DNA of 64,000 nt from Tubiluchus corallicola (Eukaryota > Animalia > Priapulida), in contig JAQGDQ010000052.1 of assembly GCA_030141605.1 (NCBI GenBank), positions 620,001-684,000 on the forward strand, given 5' to 3'. Positions 28,701-40,700 of the stretch are shown here, piece after piece (the stretch's first letter is position 1; every line of letters starts with the position of its first letter). The position numbers were made by a program, and so were the translations under genes. Under the pieces are notes generated by a model that saw only the letters and a list, made by a program, of their open reading frames with translations, was not told where the DNA came from and ran no database searches.

Positions 28701-31700
28701 GCCAACAAAACAATAAAGATCTCAAATCAACCAATTAAAAGCATAGTCTTCACTACAACAGATAAAGTATTGACAGAAATTTGTTATAAATGTAAAGTGG
28801 GGCTTAATCATATGGACTACAGTAACTAGAATTCTATTAAAGAGAATGTGCATTTTAAACATATTTATTTTACAACTTTCAGACACACGAGTAAAACTGA
28901 CGCAAAAGTCCTCTAGTTACAGAGATAACACAAATAAAAAAAAAGTGTAGGATGGGGGCACAAATCTGTTTGATGCAAAGGAACTAAAAGCAAAAATTGT
29001 TGAATGCTATGGCCAAATACCTCGTAAAGAAGTGAGAAGCTGCGTCGGCTGTTGGAAGAAACGCCTTCATGTAATTTGTATTGAAAATGGTTGACACACA
29101 GTGGCACACATAATTTTTTTCGGCATTTATTTTTTTCACTTGTTGTTTAAAGTTCTGTACCTTTGAAATAATCTAAGGGAAATGACCTAAAATTTTTGGT
29201 ATTTATACATTAGTGTCTGTGATATTAATAAATGGTGGTTTCTGAATCACAGCAATGCTTCTGAGAAAACATCTCCAGTGTGGCAGTTAGCCTTTGAGAA
29301 ATGCATTACCAGTCATAATAACGATATTCTGTGTACATTTATACTAATCAGTTAATGAGGTAACGTCTCTAAATAAAATGTTCACTGTACACTGCAATCA
29401 CGGAATTACTATTGCGCATTAAATATAAACAATTTGAAAATTTGCCAATCAACCTGCTACAATTCCTGTAAAGAAAAGGTTTGTTTGATATAAAAGAGCA
29501 TTAATGTATCTTTCTAACAATGTAAAAACTTATTAACAATACCAATCTGTAAAAACATACAAGTAGAACAACAGATCAGTTATAAATTAGACTTATACAA
29601 CAAATAACCATTGCAAGACTCACCCAGCAATCAAGAACATTTGACAGATACTTTTGCCTTATCTTTAGGGGTTGCTCAATAATATTTTTGCTATTTTTCG
29701 GGCCATTTAAGATAATCTTACATAAGACACCCTCATTTTCTTCCGAAAGCGAATGTAATGGATTAACTGCATCGTCAGCGAAGGGCCTTGCCATCCTAAA
29801 AATAAAAAAATGTTAAAACCTACATTAAAATATCATTTGTTAATCAAACAGATCTCAAAACATTTTATACATTGTTTGGAACATTCAGGCTAACATCCAG
29901 GCATGGGACATAATAAAACAAAACTATTACCTTTAGATGTGAAAAAAAGAACAAATGAATATATATTACATACAGTTGCACACAGGATCAAGATTGCAAG
30001 CACTCGAACATGCAATTTGTAGGTTAATCACGGGCAAGAATATTTCAGCACCATTTTTATTTAAAATTAGGACTTTAATTTACTCATAGGAAGGCATTTA
30101 AAAAATTAGGCACAGTCAATTACTGGTTATTTAAGTCAGCAATGACAATGGAAAAAGGAAAAAAAGGAAAAGAAACATTTCTAGAAACCACTGAAAGGGA
30201 AAAGCAAAAATCACAAACTAGTTTTTTCAAAGAGCTTTCTACTAAAACTAAAACTACTATAACAACTCTATGCTCAGACAATTTTCTGCTTGTAGATCTG
30301 TGAAAGGTAAGTTGTGGTATTCAGGAAATGTAAGTGATAACAAGTGTTTGTACAGTTTATGAAACAAGGTAAAATAAAATACCAGAAAACTTTTGACATG
30401 TGGTGCAATTTATGATCAATCTAACTGCCAAAGAGCTGCTTAATGAGGACAAAATATTAACTAATTTTACAATATTTCTGACATAGTTTTGGTCGACAGG
30501 CATTTGGTCTCCTCTATCCCTGTTTTGCCCCCTAGCAGGGTCGCGGGTTAACTATTTTCATTGTAACCCACCTCATTTGATCCGTCTTATTGACTTTCAT
30601 TTGATATACTACAATATACTTTTGGTCGACCCTGGAAAGCATTTGTCTCTTTAACCCCTATTTGGCCCCTAATGGGGTTAAAGATTAACGACTCACATTG
30701 TAACCCTATACCTCATCAAGACCTTTTATTTGATATGCTACATAGTACTATTGCTAAAAACTTGACACATATCTGTTCCCAACTCCTATTTTTTGGTTTC
30801 TATACCCCTACTGGGGTCAGAGATCAATATGAGTAAATATCAAATATTGTGGCCTTAGCTTAAAAACTGTGGGAGCAGCGGGAAAAATAAATGAAGACTC
30901 GTCCTTTCCGTGGCTGTTGACCTGGCAACTCAGGTCACATGTATACATACATAACTTTCCACAGAGAGTGTACCCTATAAGTTCTGTGTCCCTAGCCTTA
31001 GCATGTAAAATGTCACCAATTTGCATTTTGCATTTTGGCACCACCCTCAGGCATTTAAAGCTTGTCAGCTTTTTAAAACCCTGGTGCACATCTACCCCAT
31101 AGTATGCAAATACTTGTGAAATTTTTTTTTCAAAAAACCGAAAGCCCAAGAAAGAGATGCGACTAACAGGAAAAACTGACCAATATCCACTGCCCTTAAC
31201 CCCTTGACCAGTGGTCAGTGGTGACGTTACCCCACCCAGGGCTACTCACCCTGGGAGTTTGGTGACCCTAGCTGGCAAGGCTTACGAGTTATTAAGTGTT
31301 AAAGTTGCGGAGAATAAGTAAATAAAAAAGCTGGACGAAAAACAGTATAGCGAAATCTTAATAATTGACTGTACAAAAAACAGTAAGATTTTGATATGTC
31401 AAAATCTTAATAAAGCCATTCTTCAACTTGAAGCAACATTCAGTTCCGTGCAATCAGTTGTAAGGCGGTTTGGATGCCAGGCTATGTATGTATATTAATA
31501 TATTTCAGTCTGCCTGTATTCTAAACATATAAGATGTGATCGTGGTCGAAAAGCCAATCAGTTGCCAGTCGCATAGATTGCAAACTGACGGCTATTTGTA
31601 AAGCTAGTTGTAACAACAATAATAATAGTAATAATCAATATGGGGCGCAAGCAGCACTTACCACTTCATAAGTAATTCATTTGGTACTGAATCAACAACA

Positions 31701-34700
31701 CTTTCAATCTCTGTCACATTCATTATGGTTGCAGCTTCATCTATAAAATCTGTCATTTTGCTTGCTAAGCAATTGCGCTAAAAAGATGAAATTGAAAATA
31801 GATAAAAAAAATAATGGCTGTGATAAAAAGTCACATCACAGCAGTAAAACTGAAAAAATGTGTAAATAAAATCAAAATTAAGAGTCGTTGCATTTCAAGA
31901 TAAAAATTTGGAGGAATGACAATACAAAGTCAGTAAAACAGTTCAAAACCAATTGAGACAACAAATCTTTCACTATAATTTAGAAAGAAGTGCCAGATTA
32001 CTATTTATAGTTCTAATTACAAATTACAACAGGCATTGGTATTTAAAAGGTAGGTTCGCAATTGCAAGAAGTAGTGACCCAGTGTTGCAGGTTAATGTTA
32101 CAATTAAAACAGAAAAAAATATATTGTAATAATATTATATTAATTATTATAATCTTAAGTATCGATAACATTATTAACGATGGTAAGAACCCAGAACCCT
32201 GATAAGAAAGGCAAGAAAAGTAAAAAATGTTGCTACATAGCCTAGAATTGAACTAGCTTTCTTTTTTCTTTTTCTAAGACAGACAACTCACACCAAAGGA
32301 CCACTGAAAATTCACAGAAACTTTAGGCTCAAATTAAACTTTGCCTGCTATAAAGGATGCTACAATGACCACTTGAATTGTGTCCTGACCAACCATACAT
32401 AAAGAGTACAATCTCACAATATATTCCCATTTAGACGATGTCAATTGGTCAATTGACATGTCAAAGCCAGCAGTGCATAGGAAACGTTATGCATACTATA
32501 TTAGCTATACGGAGAAGAAATATAGGTATACAGCAAAATATGTCAATTAAATTATGACTGATAATTTGTCCAAGCTGGATAACAGAAATGAGGCAAAATA
32601 CAGGCGTCGATACATAGTAGTAAAGAAGTGGAGAGTAGAGAGAAAGTTCTTACAATCAAACAAGAAATTCTTCTCAGTAATTTAGGATGTCTGAGGTTTA
32701 TTTTTGTATCATTAGATATGTCAACATTTATTTCCTTGCACTGAAATGTATTGGGTGGAGTAACTGTGTTACTCTTCCTTGCCTGTCTATTTTTGAGGAA
32801 TATAGTCATTAATCAAAAGTGTGTTTTCGTTTTGCGTGAATTACGTATCTTTAGAAAATCAAAACACAGGCAAGGTAAATACAAAAACAAAACAGGTTAA
32901 ACATTGCATGGCTACAATTTACAAAAGTCTTAGTAAGTTACAAACACTAAAAATTTTGAGAGGCATACAAGTAAATTGTATTGGAACAGAATACAGAATT
33001 ATGAAGAAGTATTTCGCTAACTAAGAGAAAAATTTTGCTTTGTGCTTTTACCCGCAGACAGTAAGCCTGGTTTAGTGACTCCCTGCTTGGCGACGTATCG
33101 TTTTAACGACGACTCCATTTGACAACTTTTTCGCTTAACGTCGCATGTTCCGCTTTAACAACGATTTTTTGCCTTCTTTAAACACTAAAATCTTATTTAC
33201 TGGGCTTGTACTCTATATCAAGAAGCCGGTCACTCAACCCGTAGTGCAACTAAGCTGTCAGCAGACAATCAGCTACAGCTATAGGCAGGCTACGATGATT
33301 CATTGCTTTCCCACATTTAGATTAAATTCTTCTTGATAAAACACAAAAGTTTCAGCTGATAAAACTCTCTCCTGTTATATGGTTAATTGCTGCGTTAACC
33401 TCATTTGCATTTTAGCTATTACAAACACAACATTAGCAACATTTCTCAGGTGTCATGGACAGTACTAAACAAAAAAGATAAACAATTATATTAGAGACAA
33501 AATTGGATATTGTGAGCCGTTTTGATGCTGGTGAAAGAGCAGAAGACGTTAGCAAGCTGAAGCAGCAGAGAAATTTACAGAAACACTAAAAACTATGATC
33601 ACAGACAGCAGTTATTCAAGCAAAAGTTTCTAACGTCGATTAACTCTTTTGGAAAAGAATGCCAGCACGCACTGATATATCGAGGGAAGAAAGATCAGCG
33701 CACGGTTTGAAAGCTGCAAAAGACAGATGCAGCAGGTGATATGAAAATGAACCCAGCCCACGAGCATTTAAGGGTTATTCAAAAAACTCCCTGCCTGTCA
33801 TTTGGAAACAACAAGAAAGCATGGATAACAGGTAAAATTTTCAGTGAATGGCTGACTGAACATGGTATCTCTGCGTGAAAAAATACCGTGCTCAGCAAGA
33901 CATAGATTTCAAAATTCTTTTGCTTGTTGACAATGCAACCAACAAATTTTGATGACCTTTGTGGCAATGTAAAGATCGTTTTCCTGCTACTAAATACTGC
34001 AGCATTAAAACAGATGATGAGTAGTGTGTAATGTCTCTTTTCGGGTGATTTAATTACCTTTAATTGCTCAATTATGTTCCCGCACTGTGAACTGCATTGG
34101 TCCGGAGTTGAGACATTTCCTCTGTTTTTTTGGGTAATTGAGAGTGATTTGGGGATTAAATTGGACCTACCGATTCTGCTGGAGAGGTGTGAAGGATTAG
34201 AAGCCTGGCCCCATGGGGGTTAGATACCTGCCCGGGGGGTTGGGTAGCCCAAATTACGACCATCACCCATTTGTTGTCAAAAATGCAACGCTCCGCCAAT
34301 GCGTAATTGGGGTGAATTACTGTTTGCTCAAGGGCTGTATTGTCTGCCAATGTCATAATTACCCTAGCTGTACACGCGCTCGGAGGGGATTATCTATATA
34401 ATTGGGTGGCTAACGAGGCGTACAAGGCATCGCCTCTGGGCTTACCCAAGTAGCTGTCTGTGTGTGCCTGTTTCTAAAAGAAAAGTGGAAGTGAAATACT
34501 GTACTTAAATCATCCGCATTTCTAAACTCGTGTGCATGTGTGTGTGTTTCTAATCAACCAGTTGAATTAAACTAGATACCAGAATTTGTATTTACACAAA
34601 TTTTATTTATTGAAGAATCTACACACATTTTAACGTTAGAACAATTATTAAAAACTAGATTAATACAGATTTAATTACATTTATCTAGATTTTTTTTCCT

Positions 34701-37700
34701 TTTTTGTTTTATCTTTTATCCAGACTGCATTTACACAAATGCATTTAGTTGCATTTACACAAATGTTTTTACATATTTAATTAGATTAAATCTACATTTA
34801 TCTAGATTTTTTCATTTTTTTAATTTTATCAGGTCAAAAAAAGAAAACTTGCACTAACTAACAGAGACGCCTTACTAACAGACTAGACCAATGAGACACG
34901 AATGACATTACCTTTTTTTGGGAAATTATATTTTTTATAATATAAAAAAATCATTAACATTGTTAAATGCACGTGTGTGTGCGCTTCCCTTTTTACAGAT
35001 GATTCGTGCTAAAACATGTTTTTTTCTCTTTTCAGTGGACACGAATTCCATCTAGCGGATAATTGTCATAGTGGCTCATTGTACATTTGGAGGTGTCAGA
35101 TTTCAGGTATAGGTATAGAATGGATTTTGGATGATATTACCGATGCTATTGAACTGTTAGCACAAGCGCATTTAGAAACTGGAGTTGGTATGCGCATACA
35201 AATAATTGACAATCTGCTCGGAGATGGATTAGTAGAGAGAAAAGAAATTCATATTTCAATAGCGGATTTCACGATTTCTGGGACAGCGACATGTATAGAG
35301 ACATCATTGTGGAAAATCACTGCCAGAGACATCATTGTGGAAAATCTGGAATCTTGTTCAGTGAATAGATATCTCTGGCTTTGTCATATCTGCCGTCCCA
35401 TTTATTGAAATTCAGCTGTCGAAGTATAAACGCTTGTCACGTCTCAAAGTACATGGCGGCTTCTGCCAATTACCCAGAGATTTAGTGGACAAAAGGGTGC
35501 TGCTTAATATTTCCTCTATGCAAGATGCACATTGTGTCAAATATGCCATTTTAGGCTCTTTGTATCAACATTTATTAACGAATTGGACCAGACGCTGTGC
35601 TCACAATTATGATCAGTTTGCTCACAATTTGAATTGGCATCATATTGAATTTCCCACCAAACCAATTTCCGCTGCCAAAGCCTTTTCCGAAATTTAACCC
35701 TGAGTACTGTTTAAACATTTTCATGTACTCTGCCAAAGATGCCAAAAACAAGCACATTAAATTTATATACAATGCCCCATGCAGGATAGCGCAGGGCAGA
35801 AGGTTTATAAACACTCTACTTTATAATCCCTTCTCGTCAAGTCAAGCCGATTATACCCAATGTCATTATCTAACGATCTCTGATCTTAACCGCCTACTAA
35901 ATAAATCCGGTCAAAAGCGTCATTATTGCGAAAGGTGTGTACGTCCTTTTTATATATATATGGCACGTCTTTCGAACATCATAGACGCGAATGCTATCAA
36001 GCCGACGGATGCATGCAAGAAAACTTGCCCCCTCCACCGACACTTTAATTCCTCATTTTCTGGAGAAAGGAAACGTGATTGACACCTCTAATTATCCCGA
36101 AGATCACGTTTTTTATTGCCAGGAAAATCGTGCACTTTAGGTTGTTCCAAAGACGAAACAAAATGCGCGCAAAAGGTGTTGATAGACAGGCAATTACCCA
36201 CGAAATAACGCATGAAGATTTTTTGCGAGCATTTTCCGAACAGGTGGAACAAGTATACGTTTCACCTCCGTGCGACACTACCCCTTCACTAGGTGCGCCG
36301 TCAAAAGATCACTATCTTTTTTCCATGACAAAAGATGCTGGCTATCAAAAAATTTCTCTTTACCTTATGGTCATTTGTTAGATCAAAGAAAACCTCTTGT
36401 TTCTGCTATCACTCCTCCAGTTGAAAACCAACCCTTCTATGGACCCGCTAAAGCAGTAGAGAGACCCATATTTGTTGCCAATGACGACAACAACGATGAT
36501 GTTGATGAGGATAGCGATGATGACAATGGTGGTGAAATCATCATTGGTGATGAGTGGTGAAATCATTATTGATGATGATGATGATGTCATTGTTTGATGA
36601 TATGTCTAAATATTGTATTTTACAAAGTGTAAAAATTTCCCTATAATTATCTGTGATCTACAACCACCTCCCTTGCTAATTTCTCCACTATTTCCCTCTA
36701 TAATAGAAAATAATTTGAAACATGTGCCACATTTATGTGAATCCCTATATCGTGATCTGCACCCACCCTCCAGGATCACACGATATATAGGACGTAATTT
36801 CTCTCAAGTACTATTTCTTTTCTATTTCTCATCTTGCTCAAGTTAACTTTAATTTTGTCGTGATCTGCATCCACCCTCCAGGATCGAGCTAATGTCTCCC
36901 CATCTATCTATCGATATTTATATAGGTTGTCCATCTACCTCTCCTGGATCACGATATTTATATTTCCACCTCTCCAGGATGTAATTTCTTGCAAATTTTC
37001 CACCACTATACCATCATAATGCATTTGTACAGAACTTCCTGTCAGATGAAAATATAAAGTTGGCCTGTTCTTCGCTGCTTTTCACCTCTCTAGGATGTAA
37101 TTTCTCGCAAATTTCCTACCTCTCCAGGATGTAATTTCTCGCAAATTTCCCACCTCTCCAGGATGCAATTTCTTGCAAATTTTCCACCACTTTGATGGCT
37201 GATATAATACATTTCCTTTCGTTTTGTCGTTTGTTCCGTTGCGCTATTAACACAAAATATCATATCAGCTTTGTCGGTTGAAACATTAGAGTATTAAACA
37301 ACTTTCCAATGTCGATGTTATCAAAGGGTCGTATCCCCCTTCTCCATATACGATATTATCTCAATATACGATATAATGCATTTCCTTTTGTTTTGTTGTT
37401 CGTTCCGTATTCCTCCTTTTCAGGATGTAATTTTTCAGTGATTCTGTGTATTACATCATGTCAATTTTTTTCTGACTTGACAATGTTAGGTTTCTCACTG
37501 TAATTATGCGCAGTGAAAATACATTATTTATATATATATATACAAATGTACATACATATGTAAATATTGAGAATGTAATTGATATTGTTGTTGCTATTGC
37601 TGTTTGCTGTTTTGAAAATATTGTACTAAATTCAAATATATTATATGAAATTCTAATAAACTGTTTTCAAAAAAAATCATTTTTGCTGTTCTTTCACATG

Positions 37701-40700
37701 TTGCATTTATATATATGTAGTGCAACTAGTTTTAAAATGTAGAATATGTAGTGGAAGCACTAGTCTATGTAGTAGCAGTTGGAAAAGAAATTAACATTAA
37801 AATATAGTCTATCATTTTTTATTTTTTGCACACATTACACACGGTGACATCTATTAAAATCGATACTACGAATATATATATTTGTCAACCAACCTTCATT
37901 TTAACGATAAGCTGGTGCAGCGTGTTACTCATAGATAGACAGATATTAGCAATCACCCAACGTTACTAGGTCAGGAAGTTCACTCACGTCAAACATATTG
38001 CACACTAGGTGGGCATGACTTACAGTGTACAGCTTGACTGCAAGAGCAGATACTCATATACATATATATATATGTATATATATATATAGGTAGGTGAAGT
38101 GAGGCATTTTTACCAACAGGTGGCGCTAGCATACAGCATTTATTGTAGAGCGAGGAATTTGTTTTGCAAGCCAAAATTACATAAATCATTTTCTCGCGTA
38201 GATGGCGCTAACATACAGCGTGTTAGTAGACAAGCTTTTGCTCCCATACATATCTACATGTAAAAGATCTATTGTAGAGTGAAGAATTTGTTTTACAAAC
38301 GAAAATTATATAAATCATTTTCTCCCGTAGATGGCGCTGGCCTACAGCATGTTAGTAGATACGCTTTTGCTCCCACACATCTACTTGTAAAACATTTATC
38401 AGTGAGAGAACAATAATAAATGGTTGTAATTCAGAAAAGAAATAATAAGCAACATCAAATTAAATTTGAAAGGGGAGTTCACCTCCAGGGAGAGGATAAC
38501 CCCCCAGGGGAAGCAAGTGAGACCTTACATGTGGGTTATATTGCACCAAGCGAGAGTATTGAGACATACGACTTGCACGGTGTTGCCACCATGCTTAAAT
38601 TTGTTGTCATCGCCATCAGCATCACTGCCGGTGTGGTTTGTAGCGATCATCATTATCATCATCATCGTCACGGCTGTCGCCAATGGAAAATAAATGTTTC
38701 ATCAATACCATTTCTCTGTCTAGAAAAAATGGTTGGAAATTTACACACCAGCTGCTGCAGGGAGTCGTAATATTGTCGTATGCAGCAAAACCGCAAAACG
38801 TATGCTCCGCAAGTAAGTAGGATGGGTGATTGTAGTGCTTTTGTCTTGAAAGTCCATGATGCTGACGCCGTTGATGCTAGTCACCAACCTCTTTCTGTAA
38901 TTCGCTCGATGCACAAAAAGGTGCCATTTTTTGTTTATTAGTTATTATCAGTGCTATGTCGGTCTAATTAAAGTGTAGATTCAAAAGCATGTGGCCCCAG
39001 TGAAAGTTCATCACAAACCCGTGTCATCACAAACGTACACCTCCAAGCTTTTTATCTCACTCTTATTAACTTTGCGATAGTAGATGTGTCGAAATTCTCG
39101 CATGACCATGTCGCCGTGCTCTGGCTCGATGGTTACTGCTCGCAAGAGGGGTACGGAAGTGTAACCCACGGGGAAGTGCCCGATGCAGTCTAGATAGATG
39201 TACAGCGTCTGTTGACCTCTGTTCACTTTGCAGGGGTGTGGGGATTCGTATTCGCCTATGGTGAGCAGCACAGAAGGTATATTCCAGAAACCCATCATGT
39301 CAGGTTTGACCGGTAAGACCAGGGTGGAAAGATCTCCCTTAACCATCAACTGGGAGTGCCTAGATATGGGGTAGAAGGAGACACTGAAGGAGAAGGCACA
39401 CTTCTTCGCCATTGTGATCGGATATGCGATAAGTGGGTGGCCAGCCACCTTCGGACACTGCACTAACCGTGAACAGTTCTTCCGTCCAGTTGGGAAAGTA
39501 GGACTTTTTGAATCGTCCCTTGACTTTGGAAAGATGCACTAAATTGCTCACTGCTAATTTTGGAGGCACTCTTAAATCTTTTTTTCTTCGCCTCCTTCCT
39601 TCACCATACAATCTTCTCCTCAAAAGCATCCGTACACCAGATCTTGGAGAAAATCGATCCATCTCAGGGTGTTGCAATGAGTGTAAACTTTGTAGCACCT
39701 AGATTTTAAAGTTCCGTTAAAATGTTCCACCAAAGCCACCTTGTAGACACTTTCCTTGGTGAAAGAATGTACGCCATAGTCTTTCAGCAATTTTTGCACA
39801 TGTCTATTTTGAAATTCTCTACCCTTGTCGGTGTGCAATTTGAGTGTTACCCGTCCCTTCTCCTCGGATATGGTGCGTAGAGTCTCGGCAGTTTCGCATC
39901 CACCTTTACTTTTCAACGCTCTCGCCCAAGCATAGCGACTGAAACAATCCACCACTGTTAACATGCATTTGTAGCTATCATTATAATTGGATAGTGTGTC
40001 CATAATTACCAGATCGGCTTGCCATTGATAATCGATTCCAAGAGTCAAAGTTGGGCAGGTGGCATATTTACTGTGTCTGGCATCCTTGTGGAGGGTATAA
40101 GTGGGTTGTGCACTCAACCATTCGTGGACACGACGCATCATGTCACCAGTGGCATGTTTCAAAGCACGCACTGCCATAACCGGCCGGATGACGCAAATCG
40201 TAATAGATCTCACCTAATCTTCTGCCCCTAGTCTCACCCATTCTCTAGCTCTGGACGAGAATTGCCATCGCCGCCGCTGTTGTTCCTGCTGCTGTTGAGG
40301 CAGTAGTTTTCCAGTGGTTCGTTTATTAGAAGGTGGTGGCGGTGACGTCGTTTCGATATCGGCTACTAGGCGTCAATGTGCCAGAGACGATGGGGGCACT
40401 GCCACTCCCAGCCTTTCGCGCTACTCTTGCTGCTGATGCCCCCTCTCTAAATTTGTCTTAGCCGTTTTACCCAACAGAGCCATAGTTACACTTATTTCTT
40501 TCAGATGACGAAAAGTCGGACCATCCACGGGGCGGAGACATCTTCTCGCTAGTTGTGGCATATTTTATCAAGTCCACCAGGTGTGTGCCACTCACTGCTC
40601 GTCCCTCATGCACGAAACGCCCCATTTCGTCCCAACGTGTTCAATGGGCCTTCAAAAAGGAGAGAATTTTTTGACCCCTGCTCTTGTACTTGGCGGGTAA

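Noticed and set aside
30297-30307. Plus-strand micro-exon-like signal (ttgtag|ATCTGTGAAAG|gtaagt)
   Set aside because: No partner exons are identifiable, and such signals are expected by chance in 64 kb.
32654-32740. Possible extra phase-0 exon (CKEINVDISNDTKINLRHPKLLRRISCLI) of the minus-strand gene
   Set aside because: It has AG/GT ends, but the flanking exons join naturally without it (SPKT|RNCLASK) and it shows no family motif. Left unassigned.
36750-37190. Repeat array superficially like a CRISPR array
   Set aside because: Units are adjacent or irregularly spaced with no unique constant-length spacers, there are no cas genes, and the context is a eukaryotic Maverick.
38420-38770. His-rich ORF within the Maverick
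   Set aside because: The His run comes from a (CAT)n microsatellite; no recognisable domain.
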